A stretch of DNA of 64,000 nucleotides from positions 1-64,000 of the forward strand of contig UYFQ01000853.1 in the NCBI GenBank assembly GCA_900617105.1, read 5' to 3'. The translations under genes were made by a program, and so were the position numbers. The DNA is from Hydrurus foetidus (lineage: Eukaryota). The notes beneath the pieces are model-generated. The model had not been told where the DNA came from, ran no database searches, and saw only the letters and a program-made list of their open reading frames with translations. Below are positions 27,219-40,200 of the stretch, one piece after another (the stretch's first letter is position 1; the number at the start of each line of letters is the position of its first letter).

Positions 27219-29027
27219 ATGGAGTATCCAAAGTTTGTCCCCGCTGGAAATTCAGCCTTTAATCCTAATGAAATGATAGACTTGGCAGACATATTCGATG
27301 GTGAACGCAGATCTGAGAATTTGTATATGTATCTGCCAGACTTTTACTGACATAATCTAACACTATCAATAATTTCTCCGTTCAACAGACGACTTCTTTC
27401 CGCCAGATCTTGATTTCCCGAGCTTCTTCCAAGATGCTAGTAATCAGAATCGGGATCACATGAATGCATTTTCAACTTCACCAGTCCACATACGGCCTCA
27501 ACAATCCTTTGATCATTACAATAATAACAATCTAACTTCGGCATGGGACAATAGCACTAGTGTTCTAGGACTTCAAATGAATCCAGATGAGGATGACACC
27601 ATGGATGAAACAGATTGGGACTACCTAATAAGTCTAGGTATTGGCCCATCATGCACTACCGAGGATCCGTCAGGAACTGCCCTGTTGAGGCGCTCAATAG
27701 CCAATACATCTCAGTCATATGATCAACAGATAATTGATAGTGAAAGGATGAGAGCAGCGAAAACATCTAAAAAAGGAGTGATCATGATCCCTCCTCTAAT
27801 GCCGAGGACCAGGGTCAATCCTCAGCTCATTAAAGTTGAGCAAGATGTTAAAAGCACGACAGGAATGACTAGCACTGAGGGTGATTCGCCGACGGTCGAA
27901 GATACTGATATTAAGAGCGATCCTGACGGTGATGATAAGGGGTTAAAGAAAAGGAAGAAAATGAAGAGTATAGATCCGAAAGATATGACAGAAGAACAAT
28001 TAGTCGAAAGAAGGTGAAGCAGTCTTCGACGTGGCCATGTCTGCATTCGATGTCTTTCATTGTTCGTGTTTGCAATTTATTTATTAGTTATTAAATCTCT
28101 ACCTTACTCAGAGAGAGGAACAGGGAACATGCCAAGAAGTCTCGCATAAGAAAGAGGGTTCTCCTCGATCTGCTCCAAGATCAGCTCTCTGCACTGCGCG
28201 GCGAAAACGTAAAATTACGCCGTGTGGTGGTCGACCGAATGCCTCATATTGCTTCAAAAGTCTTCGAGAAGTGTACCACCGAGGAATCTATGTTACTGAT
28301 AGACGATGACGATGAATTTAGTGATGATGAGGAGGATGAAGATAGGACAGATCACATATTAGGGGATGGTAACGGAAACAGCGTGACAATTAGCAACAGT
28401 AACAGCAGGAGGATGAGGAAAGAGAGGGATAGACAGCGTAGGGATCGGATACTAGGTTCGTTCCAGGTGCATCTACGTCCCCATCCTGATGAGATTCTCG
28501 CCAACAGTGTTCTTCAGAACAGTGCGGAGAATAAAGAGGGGGTGGTTGGGGGTGAGTTGCCTGCGCCACCTATCTATTTAGCTCCTAAACAGACAGCAAG
28601 AATTCTCATGGAGCCTGACTTTCGCTTAATCGAAGCATTGATTCATTCCCAACAGAATTTCGTGTTATCAGACCCATCACTCCCCGATAATCCCATAGTG
28701 TACTGTAGCGAAGGATTCTGCAAATTGACCGGATATAAAAGACAGCATATTCTGGGTAGAAACTGCAGATTCTTACAGGGACCAGGGACGGACCAGGGGG
28801 CAGTGGATATTATCAGAAAGGGTGTACTGGAGGGATGTGACATATCTGTGTGCCTTCTTAACTACAAGGCCGATGGATCTCCCTTTTGGAATCAGTTCTT
28901 TGTAGCGGCTCTGAAGGATAGTGCTGGTGAAATTATAAATTATGTGGGCGTACAGTGTGAGGTCAACACCTTGCCTATTGAGGAAATTAAAGACAGAGTT
29001 AAGAGGCTTCCAGTCCCTGATTTATAG
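27219..29027 (+). CDS. AUREO: Aureochrome blue-light photoreceptor/transcription factor (bZIP + LOV)
   Basis: bZIP ERR|ERNREHAKKSRIRKRVLLDLLQ spanning intron ~28014-28111; LOV QNFVLSDP...GRNCRFLQG...FWNQFF...YVGVQ; start codon approximate. Confidence 0.95.
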
Positions 29028-29653
29028 CTGACTTGACTTATAGAATCAGCCTAGCGTGATTCGTATTCTCAGTTTCAAAATCTGTAGACGATGCTCGTCT
29101 TGAATGCGTGCGAGATCTACATTTACATTAGCGGTACATTACAACTTAAGGGCGTTACACTGCATCGGCAACTGACTCTGACCGCTGACAAACTTCAATT
29201 AAATATCTTGATTTATACAAAAGTTTTATTTCTAACGAAAGTAGTCAGTCGTATACAAGCTGCCTGCTCTTGTATACATCACAACTTTTGTACATTAATA
29301 AATACCATCGATCGAAAACTTGCTTGTAGGCGGCAAGAGAGAATTAGGAATTCAAGAATATGAGCAATACCATAAGCGCAACTATCTACATAAAAAGTCA
29401 AATGGCTGAATTATCTGGAGAAGTACATGGTTAGGGTACATGAGAATTCATAATACAGCTTACGCACATTTCAGTAGAATGAAATGAGTACAGCACCAAA
29501 ACACGGCAAAGTAGTATCGTCCTCTCTCAGATCCACATAGCGCATTATGTCGGTATCGAATAATCATCTGAATTAAATGACTGTCGATGACGTGCACCTG
29601 ATCACCCTCTTTTCATTACATGCCCATAAATCATCAAACACGACAACGAAGTC

Positions 29654-32600
29654 CTAAAACCTCTTTTGCTTCTTCTTGAACTCTTCCTGCTCTTCTTCAA
29701 AAGTCTGGGTGTGCAGAACGTTCTTCGGATTGGAAGATTCGTACGCCCTCCCAAAGAAAATCGGATCCGATTTTGCTTTTTCGTCCATAGCCAACAAAGC
29801 TTCTCTCGGGTCTTCCGCTCGAGAATTATTAATTTTCACACCATCCGTGACAAATTTAGTGAAAAAGAAAGACATATTGGGTTTTTGTCCGGGTCCTTTA
29901 TCAAGTTGTTTCGCTGGCACTTTGGATCTAAGTGGATCGTTTTTCTCACGGAATTTTTTGTCGAGACTAGATTCAACTTTGAATAATGGAAGTGCGTTCG
30001 GATAATATATTTCCCCCACAACCGTTTGGTCCTCGACTTCCTTTTCTCTTTTTTTCGCATTTCTCCCTGCAGTCATAATGGCTCCTTTTTTAGATATTCT
30101 GGGATCGAAGAAGACTCTGACGTGACCAGCTGACGTACTAAGGATCAAAGAATATTGAAATTGAGATTGAAAGGAATGAAATAGAGAGTACTAGTGGCTG
30201 ACGATGTGAGTAAAATTCTACGAGAAAGTTTAGTACATACATCTAATACCAATGATATCAAAAATAAAAACAATTTAATTGACACTAGAATTTGGCAAAA
30301 TAAAATCAGTAGAATGACTCATATGTGAGTAGATTAGCTGAATTTCAAAATCTCAAAATGCCACGTCGATTAAGCTGAATTCAATTCGCTAATCGAAATA
30401 CTTACTTAGAGTACCATTTACAACTTCTCATTAACTAATTTCAAAAATGACGTGCATAAAAGAAAGGGCACAGTAAGTAGGCAGTTGTAAACAATAGTAG
30501 TAGAATACAGTGTGATGTGAAAAGTTACCTGCACAGAATTTGATTGGTCTCTGCCTGCCACTTGACCATGATAGCACTCACTCCTCCCCCTTCAACAGCT
30601 ATTTGCAACACAGGAGCACTCTCGTTCACATTACCACTCTCCCCACTGCTACTGCCACTACTGCCACTACTACTTGAAGAACTGCTACTACCGCTACTTT
30701 TTGAAGATTTTTTTCCGTTTTTCACTTCGTAGAAATAGAGCATGGACTTTGAGGTGGGATCGGATCGGATGGGAGAGGTGCCGCAACACACGAGAGAATC
30801 GTCAGGACTGTAGAAAATAGATATTTGTAAAACCGTTAAAAAAAGATTGAGTTTAGTGTGTATCCATTTGAGTGATGTCAAATTGCATCGACATGTAGTG
30901 CATCAAATTACTGTCGAACAGTTTTAATATGTAAACAAATATTTCAGATTTCAGAAAATTCTGCACGTACCTAAATGCCACATTCGCTGACGGATACAAA
31001 TTCGTTAAATTAGAAATGATTTTTAAGGGTGTTTGCAGTTTGACAGATTGGGATAGTTGGCCGGAAATTCCCCATAGCCGGACCGTTCCGTCATCCCCCC
31101 TTGAAGCCAAAGTCTCTCTGAGATGATGAAGTAAAATGGATTTATACATCATTCCTTTTCAATGTGATAAGGTTGTAGGAATACGGAGTGAATGATACAC
31201 TTCATTTGAGTGTCGTAAATGGAGAAAATGACATCTCACAGCCTTCGTAGAAAGTAGAATGAAATGAGTTATTTTTAGATGAACAAGATCGAAACGCTCA
31301 ATTACCCTGTTGATGACGTCATCACACTGGTCACAATTGCTCCGACAGAATGTGCAGTGCGTATGAGTAAATCCGGCTTACTGTAAACTTTTCTTTCCTG
31401 CCAAATATGAATCGATCCGTCATTTGCTCCACCAATTATACGGAGTCCTACGCAATTTCGATGAATTATCAGCAAAATGAGTGAAATAGCAGCTGATTCA
31501 GTTGAAGATTAATTGTCGTATCCACATCTCTAATAAATATACTAATAAATATTTTTTTAGGCATAGAAACTTCCATGTAGATACGACCAGAACGATGACA
31601 AGTCATATCAATTAAAAATAGGATAAAAGATGCTTACCGTTTGGAGTGTAACAACACGATGTTGCCCCGACCCGGTTCTGACCCGTTGCCCCCCTAATTT
31701 TCAGCACCTTAAAAGGAACGGGTGGCGATGGAAATAGAAGTAGAGTGAGGTAGGTTAGGGCAATGAGTGGTATGGTGTAGTATAGTATGGTGTGATGTAG
31801 TGTAGTATAGCATAGTATTGTCTGCTGCAGAGTACAAATATACTAAATAGTGTACTTCAGAGTGGTAGGATGGTAGAGTATGATATCGCATGTATGGATA
31901 AGATAAAGAAAAAGATCGGAGTCAAAACCGTAAAAACAATTTTTACTTTCCCGTCTTACATATCATCCAGACATTCCATTACACCAACAAATATTCTTTT
32001 TCAAATCAATTAAAAATAATCAAGACTTCTTTCTAGAAGAAAATACGCTCTAAAATTCAAAACAATTCAGCGTAAACGCACGTACATGCTTACTGCACAA
32101 GTTTCCAAATGTAGATTCCCCCAGTAGATCCCAGATCCGAACGGACCCGTCTAGACTGCTCGTAAGTACGGTGTTCTTGTCAATGGGGTGCCACTGTACA
32201 CCAGTAACTTCCATCGTATGGCCCTACAAGTTATTAGTAAAAATAAGAAATAAAAAATATGTGAAAAAACAAAAAACAAACAAGAAATGAGTACGGTGAA
32301 CAAATGCATAAAGGCGCCTCTATATTTGCGTAATAGAAGATAAAACACCGAGATGCAAATTAATCTAGAGCTTTTAGTGAAGCAAGAAGGTGCTAAATTG
32401 GGTTTATCGACTGATTGACTGACTGAATGGTAACCAACCTTCGTGTTGGACAGATCTCTGAGGTACATGTCACCCTTCACAAACTTCATCAACTCCACCC
32501 CTTCTCTGTCATATATTTTCGGTTGTGATGATCCTGTCCCAACTATGAATCTGTCTCCTGATGGTGAGTGACTCAATGCGCTAACAGGATATCCGTCCTG

Positions 32601-33160
32601 GATCTCGATAGATCGAAAGGCTTTATGTCGACTAAAAGGACATTAAGTGACGTTCATGCGAATGTAATTATTGAAATACTGCGATGCCTTATCAGATACA
32701 ACAATTACAGGGGATTCGAACTGTAGCATTGGCCATTGGTATGACAATCTTTTGACTAAACATGACAGAATTCTTAACGCTAAAAAGAGAATTTGTCGCA
32801 TACCTATCCATGCCACCGAAATCGAATATTTTTGCGGAGTAATCTAAGGAGCCTGTAATCAGCCTGTTACCCGCAGGTTCAATTGAAATGCAGGTCACCG
32901 CCTTCGCGTGTCCTGAAAGGTCCACCTAAAGCATTTGAAAAGTAAAGCAGCGACCTAATAAGATTCCGCACTTAACACTCAGATTCCATGTTCACGGGGC
33001 GAAAGCCTCTGCATAACATCAAAGCCTCCGGAGTCGGGAAGCTTTCAATCAATGAAGCCGTCGAAGTTCCAACCTGATGCGAGAGGGGCACTTTTCTCGC
33101 TTGAGCAAAAGCATCCAGTAAATCTACTTCCCCTTCATTAACAGTTCCGACTACTTCCAT
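29654..33160 (-). CDS. WDR70: WD40 protein WDR70 / gastrulation-defective-1 homolog (multi-exon)
   Basis: GHAKAVT..GSLDY..FDFGGMD, KFVKGDMYLRDLSNTKGH, LASRGDDGTVRLW, EDPREALL; N-terminus short and start uncertain. Confidence 0.88.
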
Positions 33161-33280
33161 TACAGAAAATTAAACGATTTTCGGGCAATATCGACGATGG
33201 AGTGAAAAGGCAGTGCACTTTCCGCACATGAAAACCGCTGTAAATTGTAGAAGCCACCCTCAGGTGTAAGATAACCTGGA

Positions 33281-34382
33281 GGTTTAGGTATAGGTTTAGG
33301 CTTAGGTTTAGGTTTAGGTTTAGGTTTAGGTTTAGGTTTAGGTTTAGGTTTAGGTTTAGGTTTAGGTTTAGGTTTAGGTTAGGTTTAGGTTTAGGTTTAG
33401 GTTTAGGTTTAGGTTTAGGTTAGGTTATAGGTTATAGGTTATAGGTTATAGGTTATAGGTTATAGGTTATAGGTTATAGGTTATAGGTTATAGGTTATAG
33501 GTTATAGGTTATAGGTTATAGGTTATAGGTTATAGGTTATAGGTTATAGGTTATAGGTTATAGGTTATAGGTTATAGGTTATAGGTTATAGGTTATAGGT
33601 TATAGGTTATAGGTTATAGGTTATAGGTTATAGGTTATAGGTTATAGGTTATAGGTTATAGGTTATAGGTTATAGGTTATAGGTTATAGGTTATAGGTTA
33701 TAGGTTATAGGTTATAGGTTATAGGTTATAGGTTATAGGTTATAGGTTATAGGTTATAGGTTATAGGTTATATAGGTTATAGGTTATAGGTTATAGGTTA
33801 TAGGTTATAGGTTATAGGTTATAGGTTATAGGTTATAGGTTATAGGTTATAGGTTATAGGTTATAGGTTATAGGTTATAGGTTATAGGTTATAGGTTATA
33901 GGTTATAGGTTATAGGTTATAGGTTATAGGTTATAGGTTATAGGTTATAGGTTATAGGTTATAGGTTATAGGTTATAGGTTATAGGTTATAGGTTATAGG
34001 TTATAGGTTATAGGTTATAGGTTATAGGTTATAGGTTATAGGTTATAGGTTATAGGTTATAGGTTATAGGTTATAGGTTATAGGTTATAGGTTATAGGTT
34101 ATAGGTTATAGGTTATAGGTTATAGGTTATAGGTTATAGGTTATAGGTTATAGGTTATAGGTTATAGGTTATAGGTTATAGGTTATAGGTTATAGGTTAT
34201 AGGTTATAGGTTATAGGTTATAGGTTATAGGTTATAGGTTATAGGTTATAGGTTATAGGTTATAGGTTATAGGTTATAGGTTATAGGTTATAGGTTATAG
34301 GTTATAGGTTATAGGTTATAGGTTATAGGTTATAGGTTATAGGTTATAGGTTATAGGTTATAGGTTTAGGTTTAGGTTTAGG
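33281..34382 (+). repeat. Interstitial telomere-like tandem array: (TTTAGG)~23 - (TTATAGG)~134 - (TTTAGG)3
   Basis: Read directly; copy numbers estimated from tract lengths; one +2 nt variant near 33770; degenerate TTTTGGG units follow to ~34412. Confidence 0.95.
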
Positions 34383-34613
34383 TTGTAGTTTGGGAGTTTT
34401 GGGTTTTGGGTTATATGGTTAAACTTCTTCAATCTTCAATCATCATCATGTGGAGAGTCGAGAGGAGGACTTTGAAGTTTCAAGAATGCAGTAGCAGCTT
34501 ACACAAACTTTCCCAGAACTTTGCGAATAGTTCCCCCTTCTCTGTGTTGCTGTGTTGGAAAAGCATCGAGAGCGCGCCAAATTCGACTCGGCGTGGACGG
34601 AAATTGAAACAGT

Positions 34614-36121
34614 ATGCGAAGTTTAGCTTTCGTTATCATGTCATTAGCGGCTTCCACAACAAGATGCTTGAACCTCAGATCACCCAGTACGTTATTGAGC
34701 CGGAGATCTTTCTGTATGGATGCAACAAAGTACAGTACTGCAGATCTTCAAGGGAAGCTCAATCCCAAAGTCTCAGATGGCTTCGATTTGATGGCCATAG
34801 GAATAGGTTAGGCGATTATTTTATTACGGTGATTACTACTGCTGCTGCAGCAACACTGTGTGGTTATGTATTTAGGATAGATGCATTGCCACCCTGCATT
34901 TGAGAACCCCGATGACTATTACTCTAGCTGAAGCTATGTAAATCACAATTCTGAACCAGCATCTACTTCGGTAAAGAATACCCAAAGTCTTTTGATGCGA
35001 AAGACATATCCGATAAATAGAGAGAGAGTTAAAAAGCAAATATCGGCGATCAAAGGAATTCTAGGGGCAAGTAATTCAGAATGTTCGCTTCACTTTCGAG
35101 ATGAACTTATTCTGATCAAGCATCAATTTAACTAGATTCCTCTTTGATGTGAATATTGCAGGTGCCTCATTTTCAAATTGATGTTCTGTTTTGTTCTAAT
35201 CGGAAGATCAGTGTCCTGAATGGTGAATGGCGAGAAAAAATGAAACCGACGGACATTTTATCTTTTCCTGCAAATGATTTCGAGTCACCAGGAGTCTTTG
35301 CAGATGATCCAACGTTGGAATTTCAGAAGCATTTAGGCGATTTAGTTGTCGCACCACAGTATGTTATGAAGCAGTGCAAATTAGATAAAGAAGACTTTGA
35401 GGTGTGTCTGCCGACAATTTTTACCATCTCCACATACTTTTACATGATGATAAGAATAACTTCATATTCCATCAAAGTAATCTCCTTTATTTTTGCTCTT
35501 TTAGGCTGGTGAATTAGATTTAGAAGATGATGCAGGCGTTAGTAAAGAAATGGCCACGAAGTTCACATTAGAAGAAAGAATACCTCTTCTCTTCATACAT
35601 GGAATACTGCATTTATTAGGGTGAGTTCTGTTCAAATACTACAGAAAAGTGTTGTAGGAAATTCTTACACGTACACTGAAAAAGTACAGCAAGTGTTATG
35701 GGAAAACAGATTGCATGGAGATGCATTATTGCTGCATCAGAAAGTATCACACGTATTTACTTTCCGCACAGAAACGGAATCTTCTGAAATTCTACCGCAT
35801 GGGTGATACTTTTCTACTATTTATCGGTACATAATACATTACGGTCTCATACTTCATTGTATAATCTGTAATTTATCTAGAGATGAAATGCTCTTAATTT
35901 GTCTCACACTTTATTACGCTTAAATGTCTAAGTCCTGTTATCCTGTACGTACGAGTGGTACTTTCAACCTATACTTCATTCAATTGCTTTCTCTACTTTA
36001 CCTAACAATTATCATATATTACTCCGGTAGGTACGACCATGAGACGGATGAGGATTTTGCTGAAATGACGAGTAAAGAAGATGAAGTAATTGCAAAGTAC
36101 AAATTAATCAAATTTGATTAA
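34614..36121 (+). CDS. ybeY: YbeY rRNA-maturation endoribonuclease, probably organelle-targeted (spliced)
   Basis: PTDILSFP, LGDLVVA, LFIHGILHLLG|YDHE zinc motif; N-terminal signal-like MRSLAFVIMSLAAS. Confidence 0.92.
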
Positions 36122-37279
36122 GTAATGATAACCGAATAATTGATTATTTTCTGGTATTTTAAGTAATCACAATAAATTTGTAATTAAAACATCTATTCTT
36201 ATATGATCTAGGTGAAGATCGAGTTCTACTTTGTTGTTTGGTAAATCTACAGAACATAATAATTCGTGAATTTAATTTGATCCGAATTCAGTTTTTTTTT
36301 TTTTCCTTCTAACCGGAACGCTACTGTGTGTACTGTTCCCCATCATCTCAATGTTATTTGTGTTGTCGAGCAGTAATATGAGTGGTGGCTGAGCAGGACG
36401 TACGGATCATGAGATATGGTATGCGCTGAGTTGTCAATTCTTCATGAACAATCACATCTGCGGGAGATACTGTAGACTTTAAACACTGCCCTCGGACATA
36501 CACAGCTCAGCTTTACTGACTGCTGCATGGTCACCACTCAACTTTAGCAATAAAGTCGCTACCATGAAAGTAGTGTCACTTCATATACCTGTAGAAAGAA
36601 CAGCAATGTCAGTCAACCATCGAGAACACGAAGAAGACAGCCAAACCACGAAGAAGATGTAGCTTCTAACCACCTTTCAGATGTGGACGATTGAATGAGA
36701 GTGCTACCTTACATTTCATAAGTATTGCCATATCCGATCCCTGTGAAAAGTCACCGTACTATACCATACAAAGGGGGTCCTGTACATACTGACTGTACGG
36801 AATACGGAAGTGCTGCCAAAACACCGTATACGGAACGGTGTATACAGTGTACAGTAGGTCCAAGAATTTGAATCTTCTCTTATCTCCTGTGAATGTGTTG
36901 GTTCATCGACTGACGGAGTCGACTGACGGTGACTGCTTTCCGGCTGAAGACTGAAAGCCAAGAAAAGTGGAATACAATTTACTTCAGCAGATGCAATGCA
37001 CGAGTGATACTCGAAAGGAGGTTACAAAAAACTGGACATGCTGTGCTTCTCTACACTATCCGGTGTGCTTGGTGAAAGCAGTTATGCAATTGCTCATCGG
37101 TCCTCTAATCGTTTCTGTATTGAAGATGAAGAAGTGACAAACTTCCAGCGGAATAGTACAGTATCAAAATTCAAATCGACTGAATTACAGCTTCCTTGCA
37201 CTGCCTGATGAGCCTACTGCTGTACCTCTGGCATCCAGGTGCGATGATTGAATCATAGTCGGGGGATTTGCATTACAGC

Positions 37280-40200
37280 ATGGTGATCTCTTTGGTTCTG
37301 GTCATGATTCCGGCGCTGACATTTTTGGTAGTCGTTGCTCACTGTGTGCTGGCAACACCATACTCACTTTCGATGCCCGATGATTTGTATGCGTTGCCTA
37401 ACATTCGGCGCTGCGGAGAAAAAGTTGCTAAAGTGACGAAGACTTCTACGACTGAAAAGGGCGTTCTCCTGGTGACTCCACAGCTCAACCTGACTTATCG
37501 AGCTGATAAGGGATTGCAGAAATCTGCCTGGCCAAAAGCCTACGGGAATCTTGAAAATACTGGCCGATCTGCCTCCATAGGAGATAACACAGGGAATTTA
37601 CTATGGAAGTACAGGGTGAATCAACTGTCATATGTACCGAAGACTCAATTCCTTGCGAGCCCGATACTCGATTCTCAAGGAAATGTTTTGATAGGTATGT
37701 CGAAACAGCTGACTATCAATCTGATCATCTCCTGTTGTTTTATTCTTTATATCCAATTATTTTAAGCAGGTGGTGATGATGGCGTATTTTATGCGATTAG
37801 CAAGAGCGGTTCTCTCGTGTGGAGTTATAAATCTGATGGCCAAATACTGAACACCGCAGCATTAGCTGAGGATGGAACAATTTATTTCGGAACATTCTTC
37901 GGAACGATGTACGCACTAAATTCCTTCGGAAAACTTTTATGGGCATATCGCAAGAGCGGAAGTCATATTGTCTCATCAGCAACAATTGGAACTGACGGGA
38001 CAATATATTTTGGTGCGGGAGATGTAAGCGATTTTGTGGGACCTAATTCTACTGGTAGCCTATATGCGCTAAATCCTTGGGATGGATCTGTTAAATGGCG
38101 ATACAGCACACCAGCACCAATACTCTACACATCCCCTGCAATAGGCTCAGATGGCATGGTGTATATCGGATGCTACGACACCCATCTGCACGCTGTTAGC
38201 GCTTCAGGACTGCTTGTGTGGAAATTCAAAACGGCCGGATACGTTATGTCAGCACCCGTACTTACGATAGTAAAAAATGTGACGACGGTGTATATATGTG
38301 CTTTAAAAGCCGTTTATGCGATCAGTCAGGATGGGACATTACGATGGACCTACGCTACGGGTGATTACATAAGCAGCTCACCCGCAGTCGGCACTAATGG
38401 TGCGATATTTGTGACCAGTCAGGACAACGCAGTATATGCCCTACATCCTGTCACTGGTGCTCTGCAATGGCAATTTCAATCTTATCATCCGATCTACACA
38501 ACACCATCTGTAGGCGGTGACAATACTTTGTATTTCGGTAGCACTGATGCTTTTTTCTATGCCGTAAACGGCACTGATGGTTTGCTGCTGTGGAGAAGGG
38601 CGACTCAAGGAGCAATGCAAATCAGAGCACCAGCTGCCATCGATTATGATGGGACTGTATACATCGGTCTTCTATCTGGATTCATCATCGCTTATCACAG
38701 CTCTATGCCTACAGCACAACCAACAAGTGCTCCATCAACCATGTACCCAACCATGTCACCTACTCCTGAGCCACCTACTCTATATCCGACAATGGTACCG
38801 TCTCCTCTTCCTACAAAGTCAACAACTCGAAAACCCTCTCAAGCTCCCTCCTCGATTCCTCTGTGCATTCCGAATTCTGTTTGTGTTATGGTGAATAACA
38901 AATCAAAAGAAAATAACCTTCTACTAATTAAATGCGGAAACTGTACGAGAGGAACATACGAATTATCACTGGATAAATCGTATTGTGCAGTTTGCATTAA
39001 AGGGACTATTGCCCCTTCGGCTGGTGCGACTTCTTGTACACCATGTAATTATCCTCGCACGACATTTAGTGGTGATAGTATGCGAAACATAATGCAGTAC
39101 AGTAATAATGGATTTCAATCTGATGTGGATATTATGTTATTATCAGAACAAAGAATTGAGTGTAACGCTGTCGATATGGCTATCAGTCTAAAAGTTTTAT
39201 ACGGTTCCTACGCAATCATTACTGCGACCCTAATGTCCGCTTTTCTAATCATATATTTGCGTATTTCAATATCGGTGGATTTGACAGGGGCAGAAAAAAC
39301 GAAAAATATTATTTACGGAATCTTGGTTCTGGTTCCTACAATCGAACTCCTCGCATATCTTAATTACATTGGGAGGGTTATTGTTGAGAATAAGATATTC
39401 TGTCTTATTTGGATATTTTTCTTGCTTCATTCTATGTGTTTTTTGCTTCTTTTTATGGGGTTGGTGAAAAATGAATACGTGGAAGATGAAAAAAATTCCG
39501 AAAATGCAATGACTGTAGTACCAAAATCAGGATGGGGTAGCAGAATATTGGGGAAGAAAATAATTGAATTCAAGATTGAAAAAAGGAGGAGGACACTAAG
39601 TCTTAGTGACTGTAGAGATTTTGATGAAGTGAGAGAAAATAATTGTGAAACAGTGATAAATGAAGAAGAACAAACAATTAATAAAGTGATTACTAAATGT
39701 AATTTGAATCCTGAGTCCAGTGATAACCTAAAACAATTGACAGGAATTGAAATGGGGGTAGAAAAATTGAAAGAAGACGATAATGCACAATTACCACATA
39801 CCATTATTAATGACAATGGGAGTAACAATGTCCCCATAACAAACCGCACAATAAAACACACACCAACAAGAGAAGGAGGGTGGAATAAAAGAACAATATT
39901 TCCAATTTTACGCGACATTCTGACCCCAAGAGAAAAGAAAAACTCCGTAAGTCTTAAAGTCAGTCTACCAAAAATCCAATGTACAATATTAAAAGCTTTA
40001 GAAACACCGAATTCGAATTCAAATTTCAGAATTAGATCCATGGATTTTTTATTAAATTTTTTCTGGGACAAAATCTTCTGGTTGGGATGTGATGGTTGGC
40101 ATGCAACAGTTAGGGGCAACAGATTGCCGATAAGCCCTCGAAAACATCGCACAATGCTCTTGTTCTCTATCGAAGCTCTTATTTGGTGTATCGCTATTTT

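Noticed and set aside
33281..34382. Tandem array as a CRISPR array or as a chromosome-fusion scar
   Set aside because: No spacers and eukaryotic context; repeats are in one orientation only, with no head-to-head junction
39427..40152. 241 aa antisense ORF, and similar antisense ORFs over other genes
   Set aside because: Shadow frames of real genes on the opposite strand
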